NCBI RefSeq assembly: GCF_009914755.1
Contig: NC_060942.1
Length of the DNA: 64,000 nucleotides
Strand: one strand, 5' to 3'
From: the human T2T-CHM13v2.0 reference genome, Homo sapiens
Shown here: one piece after another, positions 48,053-61,920 of the stretch
How the letters are laid out: the number at the start of each line of letters is the position of its first letter
Position numbering within the stretch: position 1 is the stretch's first letter
Program-made: the position numbers and the translations under genes
Notes under the pieces: generated by a model
What the model was told of the DNA's origin: nothing
The model's input: the letters and a program-made list of their open reading frames with translations, nothing else
Databases searched by the model: none

Positions 48053-48836
48053 ATCCAGTATGATAGCTCATGTAAAGCATTTAGCAAAATACTACTAATA
48101 GGTGCCAAAATTCTGAGAGCTGTAACACAAATACACATAGAATTAAGGCACAGAAGACCCTACACTACTATACCCGATGTTACACAGTCGATGAAATTCA
48201 AATGCCGATTTCTCACTTGTGTCTGTGCACTATGAGCAACCTATTTACCATTTTCACTGTATCTCTAATATTCAAAATTCCAGAAAAAGGCTTTCCACAG
48301 TACCTTCACACTGATGATGAAAATTAGAAACTACAAAATGCATAGCCTTATTAATAAAATACCTCAACCAATTTTATCCCAACACACCACCACAAGAACA
48401 GAAATAAAGCAAAAACTACAAAGTCATTTTAAGGCTTGTTTTACAAAACGTTAGGTGGAATATCAATTGGTAAACCCTTATTTAGCATCTGAGTGTTTGG
48501 CATTGTGTCGAGGGGAAAGACAGCTATGTGAGAAAGCCACAAGTTCTAAGTAAATGAATATGAGAGTTATACAAGGGACACCAAGTTTAACTACATAGGA
48601 ATTATGAGAAAGAAGACAATATCAGAAAAGGCTTTTTATTGGAATCCAAGAAGACTTTAACACAAATATGTAAGAACTATGACAATAGTCACATTGCTTA
48701 CCTGGGTCCACTCAGTCAGTTTTCTAGATACTACATGGAGGGTCCATTTATTTTTTGTTTGTTTGTTTTTAAAGGCAAACCAAGGTGAGGGGAGGAGCAT
48801 GGTTGAACCTCAGTGATTCAGAATTCATGCTCTTGA

Positions 48837-49175
<339 letters not shown>

Positions 49176-50251
49176 TAGACTTGATTTTTTTAAAAAAGGC
49201 AAGAGGGGGCTACTAAAAGACTATGTGAGGAAGAAAATATCTCAAAAATATCAATCAGCAAGTGTTATGCAAGCAACTAGAAATGACAGGAGTCAAGTAG
49301 ACAAGTTAGAAAGTTATTGTTCAAATGATGGCAACAAACTTTTTCAGAAAATATACCAATGGATCCAATCAAACCACACCCTTTTAAACAAACACACTAG
49401 ATGATAATATATGAACCACCACAACACTATCAGTAATCCTGACAGAAGGCATAATTATATTGCGTTAACTGGCAACTAGGGGCACGCCTTCCTATTAGAA
49501 CTTGGCAGTTTCAAAACAGCACCCAAAAAACATACTACCAAAATTTGAGGCTTTCTCGATGAGCTTAATTTCAGTCCAATTAATAAGTGCCTGCCACACC
49601 CTACATTAACAGGCACAGATTTGTTTAAATTAATCTCCCCAGGGGCAGGCTAATTCAAGGGTTAGTATTATTAGAATCTGTGTGAACAATTGGGTGCAGG
49701 TGTTCACATTACCAACAGGAGAATTAACTCTTAACCCACTTTTAGCAGATAGTGGGTGTTTGGTGAACTAATGGAATTTTTAAATATGGGGACACTAATA
49801 TGTAAAGCAGTGACACTGTAAGCTGAAAAATAATTTGTCTTCCTTTACAATAAGTGACTGCCATCATTCATCACAGAAAGCTACAGTCACAAGTCAAATT
49901 AACTACTGTATCACAATTATCATATTACGCTACATACACCTTACTGACTCAGAATGTAACGTTTCAGAAGAAAAACAAGACTGGTTGTTAACAATCCTGC
50001 AAAGTAACGGAACCTCTGTAGACAGTTAATAAACAGCAGACAATGCTCCTTTTGGCCCTGAATGAAACAGGTTTGGCACAAATCTGTTCAATGTGTCCTT
50101 CCCATTTTACATAAACAAGTAAAAGGCAAATCATGCTGCAATGTCCCAGAAAAAGACTTTCATTTTAGAGAGCAATTACCACTATAGTGGCTTACGACTT
50201 GCCTTAAGATGAATTTGTTTAGAAAGTTTGTTTTAAATTGATCATATCGGG

Positions 50252-50860
<609 letters not shown>

Positions 50861-51358
50861 TTTAACATCAGAAAATTTACACAACATCCAAGAAAATGTT
50901 AAGTGGCCACAAATCCAAATGAGCACTACAACAATCTGACTTCTTGAAATAACTTTTCCAACTACAAGGAAAACCAACAAACAAAAAGCTCTGCAATACC
51001 CAAAGTCAGTCTGAACAAAAACATCATCCCAAAACCAAACAAACCATATCCCAGGAGAACTGCCACAGAGTAAAATTCAAAGTTTAAGATGTTCTACTGA
51101 GAATAGCCTAGTCATCTATTCCTCAAGGAGTTCAATCACAGATACAGAATAATCTTGTCAAATATAATTGCCTACAAGACATCAGCACATAGTTCACAGA
51201 AGGTTATGCAGACAGCCTGCTTAGAAAGAAAACAGAATGCTCTGTTAATGAAAGAATACTAGAAAACGAACAATTGTGAACGGCACTAAATGAAACTAAT
51301 GAACTTGAGAAAACTAATCTTTTTTTAACCACAATAACCTTTTTTTTTAATCAGAAGA

Positions 51359-51487
51359 AATTGTCCCATTGAATGACAGCTGCCACTGGCACAGTCCCAG
51401 GGCAAGGATGCCAACAAAGGTTTTCTCTCAGCACCAGCTACCAAATCCTGGCCCCACAGCCTGAGGGAGGACCTGTGAAAGTGCTCA
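51359..51487 (-). ncRNA. SNORA37: H/ACA box snoRNA SNORA37 (ACA37) in MBD2 intron 1
   Basis: 129 nt, TGAGCACTTTCACAGG...GGGACAATT, on the host strand. Two-hairpin layout with hinge H box AGAGAA (51428-51423) and ACA exactly 3 nt from the 3' end. Sequence and host gene are as I recall for SNORA37. Confidence 0.92.
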
Positions 51488-51553
51488 CAATAACTTTCTT
51501 ACCATTAAATCAAATATTTAATGATGAGGAAATACAAACCAAGACTATCACAC

Positions 51554-51685
51554 TTTTTCTTTTTTTTCTTTAAAGAGATGGGGTTTCACTCTATTGCCCA
51601 GGCACAATCATAGGTCATTGCAGCCTCGAACTCCTGGACTCAAGAGATTCTCTCGCCCCAGCCCCGTAACTGGGACCACAGGTGA
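51554..51685 (-). mobile_element. Alu monomer fragment (FLAM/AluJ-like)
   Basis: T tract, agagatggggtttcactctattgcccagg...cagcctcgaactcctgg. Confidence 0.75.
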
Positions 51686-52337
51686 TTACTACCTTCTTAT
51701 GTTTAAAAGAAGTTCTCCATTTTATCATATGAGGTTTCAAGATGAGGGTCCAGATCAAGTGGAAGACTAAGTTCTATGAAACATCACTTTTATTTTTTAG
51801 TTGAGGTGAAGTGAACTTACTACAACTACTCATCCATATATAGCAACCATCAGGAATGTGTTCGTATTTACATGCTGCACCAGCAGTGATCACATTCTTG
51901 TGTGTGCATATGTATGTATATATGTGTATGTACATTTCTTTAACCTTTTCAATCTAGTTAAAAGTATTTTTAGTTCATAAGCATGGTATGTGTACAGACA
52001 CATTTTCCCAGAGCTACTTGAAGAGGACAGGAAATCCTTTATAACATTATTACAATAGCTAAATGACAATTGTCTCCAATACCCATATACATTCCCTGAA
52101 AAATGCTTCAGTCAGTCCACAAACACGTACCTCCAAACTACTGAATACAAGTTTATATTATCTTCTATCAATAGCATGGCTTATTACAAAATTTAGTAAA
52201 TGTGTATTAAGTCCACGGATGTCAATTGCCATAGGCACTTTCTTGAGCTTACTGGGTCACACAAACTGAAGACATCAGCAGCATGACCACGGGATTGCAA
52301 GATTACACTAAGGTGAAAAACCTTGAATCATTTAAAA

Positions 52338-52531
52338 CAGGATGTCTCAACCTCAGCACAGGTGACAATTTGGGCCAGATCATTCTTTGTTGTGGCAGCT
52401 TTCCTTTGTATTATCGAATATGTAGCAGCATCTCTGGCCTCTACCCACTAGATGCCAGTATCACACCCTCCCCAGGTGTGAGAACCGAAAATGTCTCCAG
52501 ACATTGACAAATGTTCCCTGGGGAGCAAATT
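52338..52531 (+). mobile_element. MER20 hAT-Charlie element
   Basis: tctcaacctcagcac...tttgggccagatcattctttgttgtgg...ccactagatgccagta...aatgtctccagacattgacaaatgttccctgggg. Confidence 0.88.
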
Positions 52532-53092
52532 TTGGTCTAGGAGTCTAAAAACTTAGTACAGTGTGTCAGTTTCAAAAGAGTATATTCTGCAATACCAAGA
52601 AGTTCCAAAAAAACTTCAGGCATTCCAAATAGCTGCTTTATACAAAACTTTCTTGGATGAAGTAAATGAAACCTTGTTACTGTAGATAGCTCATTCTTCC
52701 ACATGTGCATGCTTAACACTTGTGATGATGAATCTGGGACAGGCTGGGACAGGAGCCAACAGTGACTGGGTTTTATAGTTTCGATGAATTACACCTCCTT
52801 TTAACCCTTCAGTGGACTAACCATCCCTGCCAGGCTAACCCTTTCTTCGCAAACCATCTTCCCCGACGCCTTCCACATAAGATGCCCTCCTGCGGGCCCT
52901 CACCTTTTGACACTGCCTCCCACCGCACTGGGGTCAACTCTCACCCAAGGGTTCCGCCACCTTCCACCACCAAACCAGCCTGTCCCTGCCACATGCCCCC
53001 CGGGCCCCAGCGCTCATCCTCTGCCCAGGCCCGCTCTTGACCCCTGACCCCGGCCTGACCCCGCCACCCCCTCCCCGCCCCCAGGGAGGTAC

Positions 53093-53634
53093 CTGAAGTA
53101 GTAGACATCGCTCTTGCCAGCACTTAGCCCAGATTTTCGGATCACTTCCTCCTTCTTCCATCCGGGGGGGAGGGCCGGGCAATCCATCCTCTTCCCGCTC
53201 TCCGTGGCCCGGGGTCCCCTGGGCCCCGGCCCCGCGCTCCCCGACGGGAAAGGGACCGGCTCCCGCCGGGGGGCGCCGCCGCCACCGCTGCCGCCGCCGC
53301 CGCAGCCGCCGCCGTCGCCGCCAAGGCCGCTGCCGCCACTCGGGGGACGGCCGCGGCCCCGGCCCCGGCCCCGTCCCCGTCCCCGGCCACGGCCCCGGCC
53401 CCGGCCACGGCCACAGACGCCGCCGCCCCGGCCCGCCTGCTTCCACCGCCCCCGGCCACGGCCGCCGCCCCGAGCGCCTTCCCTGCGCACGCCGCTCACC
53501 GGGGACGGGGCGAGCGCGCTGCCCTGGCCCCCCTGCTCTATGGCGGAGTCGCCGCCAGCGCCGCTGCCGCCCGCCGCACTCTCCCCCTCCTCCTGCTCCG
53601 GGCAGCAGCGGCCTCCCCCCGGGTGCGCGCGCAT
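53093..53634 (-). CDS. MBD2: MBD2 coding exon 1 (aa 1-181: Gly/Arg-rich N-terminus and first half of the MBD)
   Basis: Translation MRAHPGGGRCCPEQEEGESAAGG...(GR)11...MDCPALPPGWKKEEVIRKSGLSAGKSDVYYF matches MBD2. ATG at 53634; donor CAG|GTACCT at 53093/53092; 542 nt, phase 2. The internal ATG at 53187 is codon 150 (MBD2b start). Confidence 0.98.
53274..53337 (-). repeat. Interrupted (GGC)n tract encoding a Gly-rich segment
   Basis: Plus strand cgccgccgccaccgctgccgccgccgccgcagccgccgccgtcgccgcc. Confidence 0.8.
53347..53412 (-). repeat. Imperfect hexamer repeat encoding (Gly-Arg)11
   Basis: GGCCGT/GGCCGG/GGACGG units; 66 nt = 22 codons. Confidence 0.95.
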
Positions 53635-54906
53635 CCAGCCCCCTCCCCAGCCGGCGCTGCGCTTCTTCCGTAACCGAGCCCTTGGAATCCCGGAGACCCG
53701 CCCCGCCCGCAGCGCGGCGCGCGGGGGACGCGCGCAAGCATCATAGAGCGGGCGCGCACAGAGCGGCCCTCCTGCCCGGGGCGTGGCCCCGGCCACCGCC
53801 TCTTAGGTCCTCCAAGCGCTATGGGCGGCCATCTTGTCTCCGCCTTCTCGGGGCCACGCCCCCTCCCGCGCTTTTCCGGCCCCCACTGGGCGCGCGGAGC
53901 TGGGAAGGTTGGTCGGGCTAGCCACCAGCTGGGGGTGTCATAGTGACTGTGGTTAGTTTGTTTCAAACGGGGTAACCTCCACCATTATGTGATTTTACCT
54001 ATGTTTGCTTCCCAATTAATGAATAACAAGCAAAATAGATCTTATATTACATACCAACTCGGCTATTCATTTAAGGGGGTGATAGCCCCTTTTCCCGCCC
54101 CTCTGCACAAAGCTTGCAGGGGAGCTTATAATGAAGGAATGAAGCAAAGTGTCCCATTCGCTGAATACCAGTTCCCTCCTGAGCCTGGCTTCAGAGCCAT
54201 TGACAGATTCTCCTGGAACCTTGTAAGGATGTAGGAAAGGAAATGATAACTTGGAATATGCCCATGAGTCAGATGGGGCTTACCTCTAGATTCTCCTTAG
54301 AATGACCAGAATCCCTAAATCCATCTAGAAATTTCCAGATGTCTTTGTCTAATACAAAAATCAGTGGCCTTTTATTTGGTAAATATTCCATTATGTTGAA
54401 AGTCCAGCCTAACTTACTGTCACAAGCCTTTAGGAAACTGTGTGGTATTCTTTTCGGTCTGCCAACTTGAATTTTAGAAATGCATATTTTCTATAAGTTG
54501 TCGAACACTTATAGAAGTGTGCTATTGATATTCAAGATAATATATTATGAAATATTTGGAAGATTGAAAAATGTAAAGCACATGTTATCAGCCTGATGAT
54601 AAGCTATCTTGGGTTTCTATACTCATATGCCCTAAAAACTGAGGACCAAGTTTAACGTATAGAAAAAGTTGATTAATATAAAGCAACAAAAATCTAAAAT
54701 TAATTTGGTTTATCTTTGCAGTATATGCAAACATTAACTCATACACACAAACTTGTCTGTCTCTAAACCTGACCTTAGTCTTCTTTTAATGTCCTTTAGT
54801 TGAAAGACACTAATTTGTGGTTTCCTACAAGAAATTTAGAAATGTGAATGTAAAAAATCATCAAGAAATGAGTTCTGAGGAGATCAGTACTGGAGACATT
54901 CATTTA

Positions 54907-55608
<702 letters not shown>

Positions 55609-56072
55609 TCAAGAACTGAATCTTGAGGAATGCCAATACTTAAGGTTCCACTGAAGGAATAAAGGAAAAAAATGATATTAAAGTTTGTATGACATAAGAG
55701 AGTACTCTGATTTTCACACATAATTGAAAGTAAAGGGTAAACATGAGCAAAAATCTCAGTAGAAACGGTAATTGAGACAGGTAGTTGAGACAACAGATGG
55801 GAACAGGTATGCTTTTGGAAAATTCTACCTTTTCATGCTGTGCTAATAAGGCTGTAGATCAAATGATATATTGGATATAAAAGCATGCTTAAAGAAATAA
55901 ATCACAGGATTTTCGGGTCATTATTTTAACTTCTACTACCAGATTCCATTTGCTAAATCCCAGAAGATGTAGCTTAATGTTCCCTCTGTTAAGAAAAATC
56001 TCATTTAGACATGTCAAAAGCTTTTTGGTTACACTTGAACTTTTCTGCTGTGATACCATAGAGCAAAGTAAA

Positions 56073-56073
56073 A

Positions 56074-56101
<28 letters not shown>
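56073..56101. repeat. (TA)n microsatellite
   Basis: Direct reading. Confidence 0.95.
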
Positions 56102-56105
<4 letters not shown>

Positions 56106-56640
56106 AAAATAAATGCTCTTATTTATTCTCCCACTAAAAGAAAAAAAAATACTCCAATTAAGGCAACAATAAATTCCAAAGGGGACTAGATTGAGATCTA
56201 AAAGGGTTAAGAATAGATGCTAAATACCTGAGAGACAGACCCCTTTGTTTCTCTTAAAATACTGGACAAATAATAAACCTTTTATAATTCTCGGAAACTG
56301 CATTTTCTATCACTCCTCCAGGAAGCATAGCAACGTTATTTTTCTCGGGTAGTAAAGTTGTGACCAAATTTTCAATTTGGTCTCTCTTACAATGGAGAAG
56401 GTTTGCTAGCTTATCTCTTGGAGAAAGTGAAAGACAAAAGCAAGATAGGATTATGTATGAAATCTGGTCCACTAAATGAACAACAGAGATGTAACCACCT
56501 GTGATCTCTGCCTCCCAGGTATAAAGGCAGGTGCTAAAACACCAACTGTCACCCCTAGAAGACTATTCTTTCTTTGATTTTTCCCTTTATTGTTTAGCAG
56601 GTAAAGCTGAATGAAGTTAAGCCATTAAAGAAAAAGTTGT

Positions 56641-56968
<328 letters not shown>

Positions 56969-57114
56969 TTATTTTGAAAATTAGAACAAATTCAGGTAAT
57001 GAAACTTCAAAGAATATTAGGAGGTGAGACTGATTTTGAGAACTATATATTTTGTCAAATATATAACCTGCGTTTAAATCTTTGAGTGTGATAAAATACC
57101 CAATAAAAGCAGGT

Positions 57115-57405
57115 GTTTTTTTTGGTTTGTTTGTTTGTTTGGTTTGGTTTGGTTTTTGTTTTTTGGTTTTTTGTTTGGTTGGTTGATTGGTTTATTGGTT
57201 TGTTGTTGTTTTGGCCTCCTGTGTAACTGGTACCACAGGTACGTGCCATCACACTCAGCTAATTAAGACAATTTTTTTTTTTTTTTGTAGAGATGGGAGT
57301 CTCCCCGTATTGCCCAGGCCGGTCTCAAACTCCTGGGCTCAAGCAATCTTCCCGCCCCACTTCCCGAAGCCCTAGGATTACGGGAGTGAGCCACCGCACC
57401 CAGCC
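57115..57405 (-). mobile_element. Partial AluJ-like element preceded by a compound (TTTG/TTGG)n tract
   Basis: Direct reading. Confidence 0.8.
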
Positions 57406-57524
57406 AGAAAAACGTTTCAAATATTGGAAAACCTTACTTTTTTCAATGAGCATTTTTGCATCAAGGGGTAACAGGGACATTAGGCTTTTTTTCTCTTAGA
57501 CTCCAAACAGTAAGGTCAGAATTT

Positions 57525-58202
57525 ATCAAGACATTACATAGGAGTAAGGGCACAGCCAGGGGTGGTGGGGGGAGGACATTTTCCAGCACTAATTAACAGG
57601 TTTTATGATTCACTAGGTTGGCCCAACTACTGTTCTCACCTAATTCCCAGGCACAGCATGTCAGGAGGCCAAATGACACTTTCCAGTGCAAGTGCTTGTA
57701 GTATGAAGGGGGCAGAGATCACCTAGTGACCATCAAGCAGGCCATCCAGAGGCAAAACTCCTTATGTGAGGAATTTAGAAGTAATTAGACTCCCCTGTTA
57801 TTTAAAGCTGGCATCTGGGTCCAGGCTTCTTCCCCAAAAACTTGTAAGTAACTAGAATTTCTACATGTCTCCCATGCATGCATGTCAAAACTTATCGTGC
57901 AACCCTTGCTGACATTAAGACACCAAAATGTCCAAAAATGTAATCATTTATCATGACCTAAGTGGTTAATATGGCCCAAATTCCCTTTAAGCTCCTGCTT
58001 TAAGGTTCATAAATATCCCTAAGGAAAATCCACTCAGTCCTCTCTTGCTGAGGCACCCTGCTGTACTCTTCTGCACTGTTCTTTCTTTCTAATAAAACTT
58101 TCTTTTTCGAACCTATACTGTCTTCTGTAAATTCTTCTTACTACCCTATGACCCGTGAGCCAACCACTTTCCGATGCCAGGGTTCTGACACCTCACCTGG
58201 CA
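57525..58202 (+). mobile_element. Solo ERV1-class LTR (MER39-like)
   Basis: agagatcacctagtgaccatcaagcaggccatccagaggcaaaactcc motif, TATA-like cataaata (~58008), AATAAA at 58091, ends ...ggca. Left boundary uncertain. Confidence 0.65.
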
Positions 58203-58699
58203 TAATATAAAGTGTTTTTTTTTTATACCCTTCCACTTGGAAAGACTACAGAGGAATCTTGCACTGCATAGTTCAAACTAAAAAGAGAAGAGTTAATTAC
58301 CTGAAAAGCAAGAGAAAACAAGAAGGGGTAAATTTTGAACCAAGGGAAATCATTTAAGAAGTGTCTGGTATTTTTCAAATTTCTGTCAGTTGTTACATTT
58401 GTCATAAGTAAATGTTTAGGAATAAAGGATGGAGACATGCTTATTTTATTTAACTCCCCCAAAATAAAAAAAAAAAAAAAAAAAAAACAGTGCAACCAGT
58501 AGAAAGAAAATGATCTTTAGGTTTTAGAGCCCTCGGATACCAATTAATATGCTGAACAGTGGTTTTTTACTTTAATTCTGGCTGCAAAACACCAGAATGC
58601 TAGGACATGTGATCCATTAGAAATGAGGGCTGACTATGCTATGATTGCGGTTCACAAGTGAGGGAGGAGTAGTCACTGAGTAAATCAGAAAATACATCT

Positions 58700-59230
58700 C
58701 ACCAAGAGACTTTGTACCTAAAATGGCTTTCCCAAGGCCTCACGCATACCTCACAAGAGGCAAGGCAAAGACTAGAACTCCAGTTTCCTGACTCGAAGTT
58801 TAGAGCTTTATCTGCTTTCACTGCCTGTCCCACCTTCAATGGCCTCTTCACTCTCACGCTTGCTGCTACTTCAAATTGGAAAAACATTGTCTGTTTCCAC
58901 CCACACTCTCACCCCAACCTTCCGTTTGGCTATTTTCTACTTATCTCTTAGGTTTCACCTTAGACATCACTTCATCCAAGTTGCCTTTTCTAACCTCCCC
59001 AGAAACCCCACTGCTGATTCAGTGCCCCCCAGGTTGTATACTCTACGCCACACTAGTATCATTTGGTACTTCCTCATCCATTTATTGTACTTTATTGAAT
59101 TAGTTTTTTAATTGTCTTTTGTCCCCCACCAGCCCACAAGGCACTTTTCATATTCAACTGCATTCTCCATGCCTATTACTGGATTTGCCGGGCACATGGG
59201 AAGGGTTCATTAGATACCTGATGAATACAT
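58700..59230. mobile_element. MIR fragment followed by an L2 3' end
   Basis: cccaaggcctcac...ctagaactccag; then catcacttcatccaag...gggcacatgg...tgatgaata. Confidence 0.5.
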
Positions 59231-59241
59231 TGAATTAATAC

Positions 59242-59481
59242 TTTTTTTTTTTTTTTGAGACGGAGTTTCGCTCTTGTCACCCAGGCTGGAGTGCAGTGGC
59301 ACGATCTCAGCTCACAGCAACCTCCACCTCCTGGGTTCAAGAGATTCTCCTGCCTCAGGCTCCTGAGGAGCTGGGATTACAGGCACCTGCCATCATGCTC
59401 AGCTAATTTTTGTATTTTTCATACAGACAGGGTTTCACTATGTTGGCCAGGCTGGTCTCAAATTCCTGACCTTAGATGACC
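59242..59481 (-). mobile_element. 5'-truncated AluS-like
   Basis: Reverse Alu lacking the first ~60 nt. Confidence 0.9.
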
Positions 59482-59546
59482 CTTTTGTAAAAATTGTATA
59501 GTCTTAAAATAATGAGCAGCATGTTTGCTTCTCAATGAAAGTATAA

Positions 59547-59920
<374 letters not shown>

Positions 59921-59945
59921 CTAAGAGATATTTAACAATAAATTT

Positions 59946-60435
59946 GACTTTTTTTGTATAAATGTGGGGTACAAGCGCAATTTTGTTACATGCATCTATT
60001 GTGTAGTGATAATCAGGGCTTTTAAGGTATCCATCAACCATATAATATACATTGTACCCATTAAGTAATTTCTCAGCAACCACCCTCCCCCACCCATCAC
60101 TCTTCCAAATCCGCACTGTCTATTATTCCACACTCTATGTCCATATATACACAATAGTTAGCTCCCACTTATAAGTGAGAACAGTGATATTTGACTTTGT
60201 GTGTCTGGCTTGTTTCACTTAAGGTAATGACCTCCAGTTCCATCCGCATTGCTGCAAAAGACATGATTTCATTCTTATTTATGGCTGAATAGTATTCCAT
60301 TGTATATATATATGCCACATTTTCTTCATCCAATTATCTGTTGATGAACACTTACATTGATTCCATATCTTTGCTATCGTGAATAGTGCTGCAATAAACA
60401 TATGAGTATGGATATATTTTGGATATAATGATTTC
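59946..60435 (-). mobile_element. L1 (L1MA/L1PB-like) 3' end
   Basis: gggtacaag...ttttgttacatg...ctcccacttataagtgagaac...ctccagttccatcc...atggctgaatagtattccattgt. Confidence 0.88.
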
Positions 60436-61122
60436 GAATAATTTCTTTAACTTTAGGTTGATAAGCAGAATTTAACTTTATTTTAATTAAAAATGAGGCT
60501 TAAATTCATTTTACAAATATGCTTGTTTATAACAGTTATAATGTTTTATTTAGTCTCTTCTACATCAACTTTAACTTGAACTTTTCATTAGCTCCTCAAA
60601 AATATTGTAGACTATATATCATAAAAGATAATCACAAAATGACTACTTCTGAAAAACTATTTCTGAATTGAAATATTTATCTGCATTCATGTTTCTGCTC
60701 ATTTGACTTCAAATAATTTGACTCCTCCTAATACTCCAAGTTATATATACTCACATGTGTCTCATGTCTTTTTATTTTGGAACCATCTACAAAGTTGTCA
60801 GGGTATTTTCTTTATGGCTTTGCTCATTTCTAACGGGCCCCTAATCTGTAGTACTTTTGAGCATAGTTTAAAAACCTAATAGAGGGCCCATGATTTGGCC
60901 CAGTGACCTTGTTCTGAAACACTTTCAGACTTTGTATCCCAAATCGTTACCTACCTCAAGACTCCCCAACAAGTTAATCACAGTTATATACCATTGTACA
61001 CAATTGCTTCTCTCCAGGCAGCTGTTATTATTGCCACGTATCCTTCTACATATCTTGGAAGTCTGTCCTCTGGGGTGGGGGATTAGAGCAATGGTGACCC
61101 AGCAACTTTCTCTGTCACCATC

Positions 61123-61920
<798 letters not shown>

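Larger units (their letters stand above)
52980..53930. promoter_or_regulatory. CpG island covering the MBD2 promoter, exon 1 and start of intron 1
   Basis: Very GC- and CpG-rich block in an otherwise AT-rich, CpG-poor window. No TATA box seen. SP/KLF boxes GGGGCGTGGC (53778-53787) and GCCACGCCCC (53853-53862); YY1-like CAAGATGGCCGCC on the minus strand near 53824-53836. Confidence 0.92.

Noticed and set aside
48560-48670. Possible CR1/L3 reverse-transcriptase relic (also ~14630-14830)
   Set aside because: Similarity too faint to support by eye.
53114-53746. 210-aa plus-strand Pro/Arg-rich ORF, and the overlapping 267-aa and 105-aa minus-strand ORFs
   Set aside because: Non-ATG starts; these are shadow frames of an extremely GC-rich exon where stop codons are rare.
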